From positions 1 through 53,003 of IMG/VR virus record IMGVR_UViG_3300012009_000060: DNA of 53,003 bases. The stretch is one strand, 5' to 3'. Below are positions 27,241 through 35,840 of this stretch, piece by piece. Position 1 is the first letter of the stretch, and each line of letters opens with the position of its first letter. The position numbers were made by a program, and so were the translations under genes. The stretch is from a virus (taxonomy: Duplodnaviria > Caudoviricetes). The notes under the pieces are model-generated. The model saw only the letters and a list, made by a program, of their open reading frames with translations, searched no databases and had not been told where the DNA came from.

Positions 27241-27246
27241 TATAAT
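27241..27246 (+). promoter_or_regulatory. -10 box of the probable early promoter
   Basis: Perfect TATAAT about 40 bp before the first early gene; no convincing -35. Confidence 0.5.
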
Positions 27247-27287
27247 GAAAGCATACCACAACCAACCGCAGCCATGAAAGGGCCATC

Positions 27288-27530
27288 ATGCGCTTCGTCA
27301 CCGTTCGTTACCTGTCCGGCGTTACTGCTCGCCTCCCCGCCACCACACCCGTACATGGTGAGCCAGTTGGCGCCAGCAGGTTGCCAGCTTCCCCCCTTGC
27401 CTATCCGCTAGCCCCTGCTGGCACTCTTGGTGCCCTGCAGCCCATTGGCCGTTACCAGCCCGACACTGCGCCTGCGTTCACGTATTTCGTTGCGAGCGTT
27501 CATGGCTGGACGCCTGTCGAGATTCTGTAA
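27288..27530 (+). CDS. small early protein, paralogue family A
   Basis: GAAAGGG RBS; shares SG..LPA.TP, PAGTLG and FTY.VAS with 28409-28684. Confidence 0.65.
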   Translation: MRFVTVRYLSGVTARLPATTPVHGEPVGASRLPASPLAYPLAPAGTLGALQPIGRYQPDTAPAFTYFVASVHGWTPVEIL

Positions 27531-27553
27531 CCGCAACCATGAAAGGCCAACCC

Positions 27554-27898
27554 ATGCACCATATCCCTATTCACCTTTGGCCCGACGCGCTGCTAGGCGC
27601 AGTGGGCGCCGTCTCTGATACATGCCGATGCGAGACGCTAGCTAGCCAGCTGGCGCTGGCCCGCCTGCAGGAGGTGGCGCGTAACGCCCCAGCTGTGGAG
27701 GTGCACCCTATCCACGTGGGATCCAATACCTTTTACCTGGTGCCTAGCCTGTATTGCACGCTCGACGCAGAGGGCAACCGAATCTTGGCATCCCATCCAG
27801 ACGCCGCCGGCACGTGGCACGCATCCGATGGTCAGCTATGGGAGTGTGGGAGTAGCTGCGCCTCTTCCATGGCAGCATGGCTGTACCACTACGTGTAG
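27554..27898 (+). CDS. small early protein, paralogue family B
   Basis: GAAAGG RBS; shares C..D.EG...L..HPD..GTW with 29084-29317. Confidence 0.65.
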   Translation: MHHIPIHLWPDALLGAVGAVSDTCRCETLASQLALARLQEVARNAPAVEVHPIHVGSNTFYLVPSLYCTLDAEGNRILASHPDAAGTWHASDGQLWECGSSCASSMAAWLYHYV

Positions 27899-27958
27899 CA
27901 ACCGCAACCCTTTGAAAGGTCAACCCAACCCGTCCTTAAGCTATGAAAGGGCCCCATC

Positions 27959-28348
27959 GTGCACCATCCTCCTCCCTCGCGCTGCCGTCTCGTTTACGCG
28001 TCCGTCGACGATGAACGCGACCACGTACTTGGGCACCAGTACCACAATATAAACATTGTAGTAAGCCAGTGTTGCACATGCTATCGCTGTGAAGTCGTCG
28101 AGGAACAACGCGCTCGAGGCTACGACGAGGAACAACGCGCCATAGTCGTCGGCTGTGGCGCGTCGTTCCCCGACGCCTTTCGCCAGGCCACGTCACGCGC
28201 CTGCAGCGTCGGCATGAACTCTGGCCTGCTGGCCGAGGCCATCCGCCAAGCCTTGGGCACCCACGCTATGATTGTCATCAGGCGCACGCTGTACCTGGCT
28301 GCCGGTATCACGCCAACGGAAACAGAAACGCGCCCCCACACCCCTTAA
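27959..28348 (+). CDS. small early protein, paralogue family C
   Basis: GAAAGGG RBS, GTG start; shares QYH...VVS...YRCEVVE...G.GAS..DAFRQ with 33284-33847. Confidence 0.6.
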   Translation: MHHPPPSRCRLVYASVDDERDHVLGHQYHNINIVVSQCCTCYRCEVVEEQRARGYDEEQRAIVVGCGASFPDAFRQATSRACSVGMNSGLLAEAIRQALGTHAMIVIRRTLYLAAGITPTETETRPHTP

Positions 28349-28408
28349 AAGGCTAACCCAACCCAACCCAACCCAACCCAACACCTCCCAGCCAAAAAAG
28401 GTCAACCC

Positions 28409-28684
28409 ATGTCGACTCCTACCCATATCCTCGTTGAATTCCCCAGCGGCCATGTCGAAAGCCTGCCAGCTGACACGCCACTATTCGTGGAAAGCTGGGC
28501 CGATGCTCACAAGCCTCGTGAAGACGACAGCGGCTTGCGGCTGGTCAACGATTTAGTACCCGCAGGGACGCTTGGTGATCCTAATTGGCTCGTCCATGAC
28601 CGGGTTTTTGATCCAACTGTGCCCTTCACCTACTACGTGGCGTCCGACTACAGCACAGCAGAGCAAATTGCCATTCTGGGCTAA
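28409..28684 (+). CDS. small early protein, paralogue family A
   Basis: AAAGG RBS; similar to 27288-27530. Confidence 0.65.
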   Translation: MSTPTHILVEFPSGHVESLPADTPLFVESWADAHKPREDDSGLRLVNDLVPAGTLGDPNWLVHDRVFDPTVPFTYYVASDYSTAEQIAILG

Positions 28685-28735
28685 CAACCCACAACCCACA
28701 ACCCACAAGCCACAAGCCTTTGAAAGGATATCACC

Positions 28736-29020
28736 ATGCAAGCCATTACTACCAAGTTCATCGCCCTAACCGACCATCGCGGACCACGCGTCAAAGCCAA
28801 GTGCGAGCGCGGATCAATTACCATTCCCTGGCAAGATCGGTTGGAGGGAAACAAAAACCACCGCGCAGCAGCTCAAGCGCGGCTCGCGCGCTTCATCGCT
28901 GAAGATGTAGCCTGTGGCATCGTTCCTAGCTGTTGGGCTGGTGAATGGCATGAAGGCGGATTGCCAGCGGGCCTTGTGTTCGTACAAGCGCACAACAGCG
29001 TGGTTTTTCCTGCCAAGTAA
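28736..29020 (+). CDS. small early hypothetical protein, 94 aa
   Basis: GAAAGGA RBS; MQAITTK...GPRVKA...NH.AAA resembles a recurrent uncharacterised phage/plasmid family. Confidence 0.7.
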   Translation: MQAITTKFIALTDHRGPRVKAKCERGSITIPWQDRLEGNKNHRAAAQARLARFIAEDVACGIVPSCWAGEWHEGGLPAGLVFVQAHNSVVFPAK

Positions 29021-29083
29021 GGGCAACCCACAACCACAACCTCAACCCACAACCCACAACCCACAACCCAGAAAGGGCACAAC

Positions 29084-29317
29084 ATGAGCGAACCAAGCGC
29101 AGTCGGCACCGTAACCTTAACGACTTACCAGTATCGTGATCGGGTGTTTCACATTTTCCGTGAAGCAAGCTGTGTCATTGACCACGAAGGCCAGCAGGTA
29201 TTGCGCGTGCATCCTGATGTTGGTGGCACGTGGTGGGCGCGATGTGCGTACCACAATTGGGCCTCAGGCCGCAACATGACGGACGCTGTGAAAAACTGGA
29301 TGAGCAAGCACCTGTGA
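29084..29317 (+). CDS. small early protein, paralogue family B
   Basis: GAAAGGG RBS; similar to 27554-27898. Confidence 0.65.
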   Translation: MSEPSAVGTVTLTTYQYRDRVFHIFREASCVIDHEGQQVLRVHPDVGGTWWARCAYHNWASGRNMTDAVKNWMSKHL

Positions 29318-29369
29318 ACGTACAATCCGCAACCCACAACCCACACCTACAACCCACAACCCACAACCC

Positions 29370-29465
29370 ACCTTCGTCGACGGCAGGGATCTCTCACCCG
29401 CACCCTACACCTACTATGTGGCGCCCTATGACGACTGTGCCGAGTCCGTCGAAATCGTGGGGTGA
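29370..29465 (+). pseudogene. start-less C-terminal remnant of a third family A gene
   Basis: Translates TFVDGRDLSPAPYTYYVAPYDDCAESVEIVG*, matching family A C-termini; no in-frame start upstream. Confidence 0.55.
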
Positions 29466-29529
29466 GGAAGCCCACCCACTACCACCCCCAGCGCCGCCGG
29501 TCGCTATCCACACCGGCAAGGAGTCTGCC

Positions 29530-29874
29530 ATGGACATGCCAAACAGAAGCACCCTCGCCACCGTCCTTGACGTCATGGGCGGCGAGTGGGACACCGACGA
29601 GCTGATACGCCTAGCCGTGGTGGTGGACACCCTGAGCACAGCTAGGCTATGCAGGGAGGTCGAGGACGCAATACGCGCGTCAGCCGAGGCTTACGCCAGC
29701 GACTGTGACTACGGCGGCGATGAGATGGACGCCGTGCTAAAACGCGCACCGTATGATAGTGAGCGGGAGGCCCTGCGCGGCCTGGCGGCAGCAGTCACCG
29801 TGGACAGTGACATCGCCATGTGCAGCGTAGCGTATACGTACCTCGAGGCGCTCGAAGCCGCCTCTGAGGACTAG
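29530..29874 (+). CDS. acidic hypothetical early protein
   Basis: AAGGAG RBS before ATG 29530. Confidence 0.6.
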   Translation: MDMPNRSTLATVLDVMGGEWDTDELIRLAVVVDTLSTARLCREVEDAIRASAEAYASDCDYGGDEMDAVLKRAPYDSEREALRGLAAAVTVDSDIAMCSVAYTYLEALEAASED

Positions 29875-29971
29875 TCCACACCCCAACCCACCCCACGCAG
29901 GAGCCAGTCCTGCATTTCACCCGCCCCTGACCAGGGGCGCATCGATTCCGACCGGGATCAGGAGTATCATC

Positions 29972-30921
29972 ATGAGCACAGACACGCACATCTCTGTCAC
30001 CCTCGCTGCTATCGCGGATAGCCTGCGCGCCCAACTTGCAGCGCGGCGCGCGGACGCAGAGTCCGCAGAAATAGTCGAATATCGGCTGACTGTCGCAGAG
30101 ATACTAGCTGCAGCTGAGCAAGCGGGTGCGCTCGACACGGCAACCATGGAGGCGCTGGCCGAGGTGGCTGACCTGGCAGCGCAGGGCCGGGCAGAGCCGC
30201 GCGCCGTAGTAGACGGGTGGCGAGAAGGCTGCACGACACTGCCCACCCCTCTGCTAGCGCAGTGTCCTGCAGCGCGGGAGCGCGCGTTGCGAAACGCTCT
30301 CGATGTCATCGAGGACGCGCCTCGGTACCATCGCTGGGCCCCCAGGCGTATTTGCTCCCCGACGACGTCAGCGCGCAGATGGAGGACGCGCTTGCCGCCT
30401 TTCGCCGCCAGCAAAACGAAAGAGAGGAGCGAGCGCGGCAGGCGAGAGCGCGCGAGATCGCAGAGACTCAAGCCGCCGCGAAGCGCAAGGCATCGCACCT
30501 GGACGCACTGGCCCGCCACGTGCTATCGGGCAATGACGCGGCCCTGGCCGGGTGGGATGCAGGCGAGATCCGACCGCAGGAGGTCACTGGCCAGGTGCTG
30601 GCTGCGCTGCGCGCAGCAGCCGGTGATCTTCTGGGCGAGGCAGACACTTGCACCACGGTCCAGCGCGTCTCCGTCGCAGCGTATCGCGAGGGTCGCCAGG
30701 TACTAGACCGGCTCCGCGCGGCAGCGTCCGCCGTAGCTACGGCGCTGTCTATGCTCTGTGAGGTCCGTCGCGTGCGGTATGAGCGCCAGACCGTCGTGAA
30801 GTACAGCGACGAGTACGAGACCCGCACAGACCGGTACTGGACCGCCAGTTACGAGATCTCGATCGGTGATCTGAGATGGAGCATCGAGGGCGTGGTCCTT
30901 GACCAAACCCAGAACGCTTGA
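29972..30921 (+). pseudogene. hypothetical gene apparently split by a frameshift near 30320
   Basis: Protein-like sequence runs in the 29972 frame up to DVIEDA, then in the 30217 frame (ASVPSLGPQAY...) to the stop at 30921. Confidence 0.5.
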
Positions 30922-30980
30922 TTCCCATTCACATCACCCCTGCGCCGCCGGTCGCACCCACACCGGCAAGGAGACACGTC

Positions 30981-31805
30981 ATGAGCGACACACTACTCAA
31001 CAACACGCCACTGATCGACATCAAGATCGGCGGGATCAGAGCCACCTACCACGCAGACGGATGGACGAACAACGGCAGAAACCTCTCCGACATCATGGCA
31101 GTCGCAGAAGAGGCGGTCGAGATACGGCCGCCGTGGGAGATATGGGACACCCGCCCTGCGCTCATGGATATGGCATGCGAGCTGCTCGGCGAACTCTTTA
31201 CCGCCGCGAGCGAGAGGCAGACCGCAGAGCAAGCCGCCACGGCGCTGCAGGCCGCAGCCGCAGAGGCGGACATTCCAGCCTACGTCGACGAGCTCCGGAT
31301 GATCACCGGTGCCGGGCGTGCAGCTCACCAGCACCGGTCTACGGCGCTGGCCTATGCGTCCCTGCTCTGGACCTCCGAGACGGCTTGGTCCCGAGACCGT
31401 GCCACCGACGGCCAGACGCTGGCCATGGCGGCGACACTCCTAGAGGTGTACCAGTGGGGCGATGGCGGTGGCTGGTCGTGCCCAGGCTCGGGCACTCAGC
31501 GTGGCACCGATCCTGATGTGCTGCAGGAGCTCGCGACGCTCGTCTGCCGCCTGGGCGTGCCCATGGGAGGGGGGTTTCATCGCCGATATGCCACAGGCGG
31601 TGACGCCTGGACGGCTGCTGCTGCAGCAGCACAGCAGAGGCTCGGGGTGAAGGCCGTCAGCTGGGCATACATAAAGCAGTTGCACACGGCCGAAAACGAA
31701 CACTTGATTGACCTAGTGGCGCCAAGGGACGCAAGGGACACTATGCGCCGGGCAGCGCTGCGGGAGCTCTACGACAGCACAATTGAAATTAAGGGCACAA
31801 CATGA
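30981..31805 (+). CDS. hypothetical early protein
   Basis: AAGGAG RBS before ATG 30981. Confidence 0.6.
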   Translation: MSDTLLNNTPLIDIKIGGIRATYHADGWTNNGRNLSDIMAVAEEAVEIRPPWEIWDTRPALMDMACELLGELFTAASERQTAEQAATALQAAAAEADIPAYVDELRMITGAGRAAHQHRSTALAYASLLWTSETAWSRDRATDGQTLAMAATLLEVYQWGDGGGWSCPGSGTQRGTDPDVLQELATLVCRLGVPMGGGFHRRYATGGDAWTAAAAAAQQRLGVKAVSWAYIKQLHTAENEHLIDLVAPRDARDTMRRAALRELYDSTIEIKGTT

Positions 31806-31824
31806 GCAAACCAAGGGGCACAAC

Positions 31825-32121
31825 ATGTCAACCTATCCTATTCGCTTCGTAATTGAAGATCACAGCACAAGCAAAGCACCATGCGCCGTGGTGCGCAGCA
31901 CACGCACTGGGGCCACGCTAGCGTGCACAAAGGCTCCGCCTGAAAACGTAGCCATGGAGTTGCATCGTGCGCTTGGCGTTCCTCCTATTGAAGTCAAGCA
32001 TTATCGCATGCACAAGCAAGATCGGCAAAAGGCTGCTGACTTCTGGCCTCACGTGAGCCATGACTTTCCCCATACGCTGGAGGTAACCTTGCGTAACGCG
32101 TTTCTGTCTGACATTATGTAG
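31825..32121 (+). CDS. hypothetical early protein
   Basis: AAGGGGCACAAC-ATG leader shared with other early genes. Confidence 0.55.
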   Translation: MSTYPIRFVIEDHSTSKAPCAVVRSTRTGATLACTKAPPENVAMELHRALGVPPIEVKHYRMHKQDRQKAADFWPHVSHDFPHTLEVTLRNAFLSDIM

Positions 32122-32132
32122 GGCACCTTTAC

Positions 32133-32357
32133 ATGCGCATCCCTTTCACCTCCACCAGTGACATGTACGCCTTCGCTGTGGCACTACGCGCAACTGGTCA
32201 CCATCCAGACGGGTACTCGTACGCAAGCCGTGCCGACCATGGCTTGCCCTTCTCCCTAACTAACTACTTAACCAACTACTTAACTAACTACTTAACCAAC
32301 CACAACCGCAGCCACAAAGGAAAACCCTATGCCTACCCTCGGACAGTATCCCATTGA
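32133..32357 (+). CDS. small hypothetical protein reading through a 12-bp repeat
   Basis: ORF with a TNYL x3 tail encoded by the TAAC(T/C)AACTACT repeat at 32257-32300. Confidence 0.35.
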   Translation: MRIPFTSTSDMYAFAVALRATGHHPDGYSYASRADHGLPFSLTNYLTNYLTNYLTNHNRSHKGKPYAYPRTVSH

Positions 32358-32898
32358 TTCCGCGTATGCACGCATGCAACGGGGAATGCACAACGAACCC
32401 GGTGCATCAATCCGCGAACGCATCGCTAGACTCGCAGCCAAAGGTGACACGGCAGCTGCTATGGCGTACGTCATGCACGATGCGTCATTGCCAGCGCGCC
32501 TTGCCAACGCATTCAACCTAGCTGTCGAGCTGGTCGAGTTGGGCCAAGCTCCAGCCATCGAAGATCTTGCAGCATTTGCCGCGCAACATGCCGGCGATCC
32601 AAGATTGTTGTCGCGACACGCCAAGCGTCCATCCAGCATGGTGCATGCCGTAGACCATCGAGACCCGCATCTTGTGCACAACTTTCGCTTGTACGCTCGT
32701 GGTACCATCTTCTACCATCTCACCACCTACCTTGTCCCATGCACGCCAGGTAAACCACCAGCTGGTGAACCATCGCATCGTACCCCGGGCGAACAAAAAC
32801 CCAAGTCGGATCCGGTATGCTGGGAGTATCTATTGCCAGTTCTTGATGGCGTAACTGCCAAAGACTTTGGTGCCGCAGGCCTTACCGTTTACGCGTAA
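32329..32898 (+). CDS. hypothetical early protein, 189 aa
   Basis: AAAGGA RBS after an ACAACCGCAGCCA leader that also precedes 27288 in near-identical form. Confidence 0.6.
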   Translation: MPTLGQYPIDSAYARMQRGMHNEPGASIRERIARLAAKGDTAAAMAYVMHDASLPARLANAFNLAVELVELGQAPAIEDLAAFAAQHAGDPRLLSRHAKRPSSMVHAVDHRDPHLVHNFRLYARGTIFYHLTTYLVPCTPGKPPAGEPSHRTPGEQKPKSDPVCWEYLLPVLDGVTAKDFGAAGLTVYA

Positions 32899-32983
32899 GG
32901 CTCACACTTCACGTTTACCACACGGACACGGGCACGGCAGGCCTTACCGTTTACGTGTAAGGCACACAATTCACGTTTACCAC
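32875..32983. repeat. 47-bp direct repeat x2 with internal hairpin
   Basis: GCAGGCCTTACCGTTTACG(C/T)GTAAGGC...TTCACGTTTACCAC at 32875 and 32937; stem GCCTTAC/GTAAGGC. Confidence 0.85.
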
Positions 32984-32993
32984 GGAGTATACC

Positions 32994-33239
32994 ATGCAAT
33001 TGCAACAAGTCGTCGTCCCAGCGCTGCGCAGCGTGCGCAACCTAAGCCAGGCGGTCCGAGCAAAGCAAGTGGTGCAGCGGTGGGTACTGCGCAATCGGAC
33101 CCGCATCAACATGGACTGTGAACGGGTGACCATCCTGCTGCACCATGCCGGCCGTTACCGCTTGCAAGGGCGCCTGCTGCGTGCGCAAGTCTATGAGGAC
33201 CGCGCTCATCGCATTCTTGACACCATACCTACAACCTAA
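32994..33239 (+). CDS. small basic hypothetical protein, 81 aa
   Basis: GGAG RBS; fits the array spacing. Confidence 0.5.
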   Translation: MQLQQVVVPALRSVRNLSQAVRAKQVVQRWVLRNRTRINMDCERVTILLHHAGRYRLQGRLLRAQVYEDRAHRILDTIPTT

Positions 33240-33283
33240 AGGGTACCATACTTACAACTTACAACTTCGTGAAAGGGCAATCC

Positions 33284-33847
33284 ATGTCTCTTGCCACTCA
33301 TCCTTCCTCGCATCACCGTCTCGCCTACGTGTCCGTCAGTGACACCGTAGGCCACATGCCCGGGCCCCAGTACCACGACCTAGACGTAGTGGTAAGCCGC
33401 CGTGGCAATAGCTATCGCTGTGAAGTGGTCGAAGTCCGGGGCAATACTCAAGTTTGTGTCAAGGACCACTGCCGACGCACAATCGTCGGCCGTGGCGCGT
33501 CGCCTCTCGACGCTTTCCGCCAAGTTACGGCACGGGCCCACGACGTCGGCATGGATCTTGGCCTGCTGGCCGCGGCCGTCAGCGAAGCCCTGGAAGCCCT
33601 GGCTGCCAGCCCGTGTTTGTCCTGGCTGCCTGACCTACCTGTCTCCGAAGCCAACGAAAGCGAGTCCGCGTATAGTGCATACGATGCTCGGTCGGGCTGG
33701 TCAGGCCCGGAGCGAGCGACGCAAGAGGAAGCAGCGGAGGATGCACGCATCTACAATATTGGTGGTAGCCGCGGCAATGCTGTATACGGTGTTACGGTGC
33801 GTGCCGGCGATCCGCTGGTGTGCCGTGGCTGGCGGGGGATTATGTGA
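33284..33847 (+). CDS. early protein, paralogue family C, with an extra C-terminal domain
   Basis: GAAAGGG RBS; similar to 27959-28348. Confidence 0.65.
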   Translation: MSLATHPSSHHRLAYVSVSDTVGHMPGPQYHDLDVVVSRRGNSYRCEVVEVRGNTQVCVKDHCRRTIVGRGASPLDAFRQVTARAHDVGMDLGLLAAAVSEALEALAASPCLSWLPDLPVSEANESESAYSAYDARSGWSGPERATQEEAAEDARIYNIGGSRGNAVYGVTVRAGDPLVCRGWRGIM

Positions 33848-33992
33848 TAGTCATGGGAGGGCGATGCCGTTGTCCCGTGCACCGGTCACTGCTCATTGCC
33901 ACCACTAAAGCCTATCGCGACGCGTGGCCGGACAGGCACGCCATACCTACAACCTAAAGGGTACCTACAACCTACTAACTAAAGGGCAAAAC

Positions 33993-34472
33993 ATGTTCAA
34001 TTCTTCTAAGGCAGTGTGGCTGTTGCCCCCTGCCGTAGGCCTTCTTGCTTTCTTGGCGCTGCTGCGCGGCCACACACAACCTACACAACCTACGCAACCT
34101 ACGCCGCAAGAGCGCGAAGTTGTCACTGCGTATGTATTTGACTGGCCCCGGGCGCGCGCCCTCATCGAAGAACACCAGCCCAAGCGTGCATGGGCAAGCA
34201 TTGAGCAGCGCTACCCAACCAGCGAAACGGCAGCCAAGCTGACTTGGAGCACCTATGCGGTGCTCATTTGGCTTGACGGGCCCGTACCGCGGTACTCAAC
34301 CCCTCACGCCATGCGCCCAACGCTTGACATTCCGTCACTGCGCTTTGATGGCACAACGTATCCATGCTACCGGGCCGTAAACTGGCACGAATGGCGAAAC
34401 CGCCAAAACTACCCTTGGACTCGCCGCGAGTTGCCAGGGCTATTAACTACACAACCTAAGGGGCAACAATGA
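33993..34472 (+). CDS. protein with N-terminal transmembrane/signal segment
   Basis: AAAGGG RBS; hydrophobic WLLPPAVGLLAFLALL, TQP repeat linker, VFDW domain. Confidence 0.55.
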   Translation: MFNSSKAVWLLPPAVGLLAFLALLRGHTQPTQPTQPTPQEREVVTAYVFDWPRARALIEEHQPKRAWASIEQRYPTSETAAKLTWSTYAVLIWLDGPVPRYSTPHAMRPTLDIPSLRFDGTTYPCYRAVNWHEWRNRQNYPWTRRELPGLLTTQPKGQQ

Positions 34473-34762
34473 AACCTATGAAGCTATGCTTACTACTCCC
34501 GGCCCAGTATGTCTGCGGAATGGAAGTGACCAAGAGGACAGGGACCAAGCTACACACCGCCCAGCGATCGGTGAAGATCTACGCGGCAAAGGACTGCCCG
34601 CAGGCCTCGCAGACGATTGAGTGCCCAGGCGTGGTTTTCCTCATTGACGCTGTTGGTCATATCTCCGCGGTCACAGAGGACACGTTGGTCTCGGTGGAAT
34701 TCTGCAACGCCAACGAGGCGAAAGAATTCCTCCAAGAGCTCATTGACGACGAGGATAAGTGA
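34469..34762 (+). CDS. hypothetical protein, 97 aa
   Basis: AAGGGG RBS, ATGA coupling. Confidence 0.6.
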   Translation: MKPMKLCLLLPAQYVCGMEVTKRTGTKLHTAQRSVKIYAAKDCPQASQTIECPGVVFLIDAVGHISAVTEDTLVSVEFCNANEAKEFLQELIDDEDK

Positions 34763-34807
34763 GGGGCAACAATGAAACCTACCAAACCACAACCTAAAGG
34801 ACAAAAC

Positions 34808-35722
34808 ATGAACGGGCACAAACCTTTGTATCACATAGTAGACGGACAGCAGATTCCCGGGCCGCCCCCCGGAATGCGCGGGGACACGTCGGGCGTATGG
34901 GGCAATGCAACTGGCTTGTGGGGGGACGTGTCTGGCGACCTGACGGGCGACCTGTCGGGCGTATGGGGCGACCTGTCTGGTGTGCGGGGGAAAGTGGAAA
35001 ACCTGATGGGGTTCCTGACGCCTGTGCGGGGCGACTTGTCGGGGTTAGAGGGTGACCTGTCCGGCGCCCTGTCTGGCCTGGGCAGAAACCTACCGGGCGT
35101 GGCAGGAGACGTGACACATGTGTGGGGCGACCTGACGTATGTGCGGGGGGACCTGACTGGCCTTTGGGGCCCCATAACGGGCACGTGGGGGGACCTTTCC
35201 AATGTGCGGGGGGACCTGTCGGACGTAGTAGGTGAACTGATGGGTGTGCGGGGCGACCTGTCGGACGTAGTAGGTGAACTGATGGGTGTGCGGGGCGACC
35301 TGTCGGAGGTGTCGGGTAACCTGACGTACGTGCGAGGCGACCTTTCGCATGTGTCGGGTAACCTTTCTCACGTGTCGGGTAACCTTTCTCACGTGCGGGG
35401 GGACCTGTCGGGCCTAGTGGGTGACCTATCCAGCGCCCGGCGCCCTGTTGATAAACGTGTGATGAAGCAATGCCCGCACTGTGTGTGCGTGATTGATGCC
35501 AGGGCCACCGTGTGTCCGTGGTGCGACAACGCGGTGCGTGCGCCTGCTACCAACCACCGTACCGTGCACCTGGCTTGTCTTGCGCTTGCCCTGGAACTCG
35601 TGCTAGCAGTACTGTATTGGTATTACCCGCACCCTATCCTAGCCATGACTGGCCTATTTGCGGCCGTCGCAACCTTTTGGCTGGCCCTTTGCGCCATTCG
35701 GGCCCGGGCCCGGTCCCGGTAG
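34808..35722 (+). CDS. heptapeptide-repeat (GDLSxVx) protein with C-terminal zinc ribbon and two transmembrane segments
   Basis: More than 20 GDLS/GNLS units, then CPHC-x10-CPWC, then hydrophobic helices; AAAGGA RBS before ATG 34808. Confidence 0.7.
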   Translation: MNGHKPLYHIVDGQQIPGPPPGMRGDTSGVWGNATGLWGDVSGDLTGDLSGVWGDLSGVRGKVENLMGFLTPVRGDLSGLEGDLSGALSGLGRNLPGVAGDVTHVWGDLTYVRGDLTGLWGPITGTWGDLSNVRGDLSDVVGELMGVRGDLSDVVGELMGVRGDLSEVSGNLTYVRGDLSHVSGNLSHVSGNLSHVRGDLSGLVGDLSSARRPVDKRVMKQCPHCVCVIDARATVCPWCDNAVRAPATNHRTVHLACLALALELVLAVLYWYYPHPILAMTGLFAAVATFWLALCAIRARARSR

Positions 35723-35756
35723 TAATAAAATACCCCTGCCGGATAACCGGCAGGGG
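35723..35756 (-). terminator. rho-independent terminator between convergent operons
   Basis: CCCCTGCCGG-4 nt loop-CCGGCAGGGG followed by TATTTTATTA on the minus strand. Confidence 0.75.
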
Positions 35757-35840
35757 CGGTGCTGCAGGGAGAAAGGGTAAGGCCCCGCACACACGCAACC
35801 TTAGTGGGTGTGTGTGTGCGGGTGTCAAGTTCCTTTCCCG

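Larger units (their letters stand above)
28355..29370. repeat. intergenic (AACCC)n and (CAACCCA)n tracts
   Basis: Tracts at 28355-28379, 28685-28718, 29024-29070 and 29330-29370, each right after a stop codon. Confidence 0.9.

Noticed and set aside
30300-30340. Programmed ribosomal frameshift
   Set aside because: No X XXY YYZ slippery site or evident stimulatory structure
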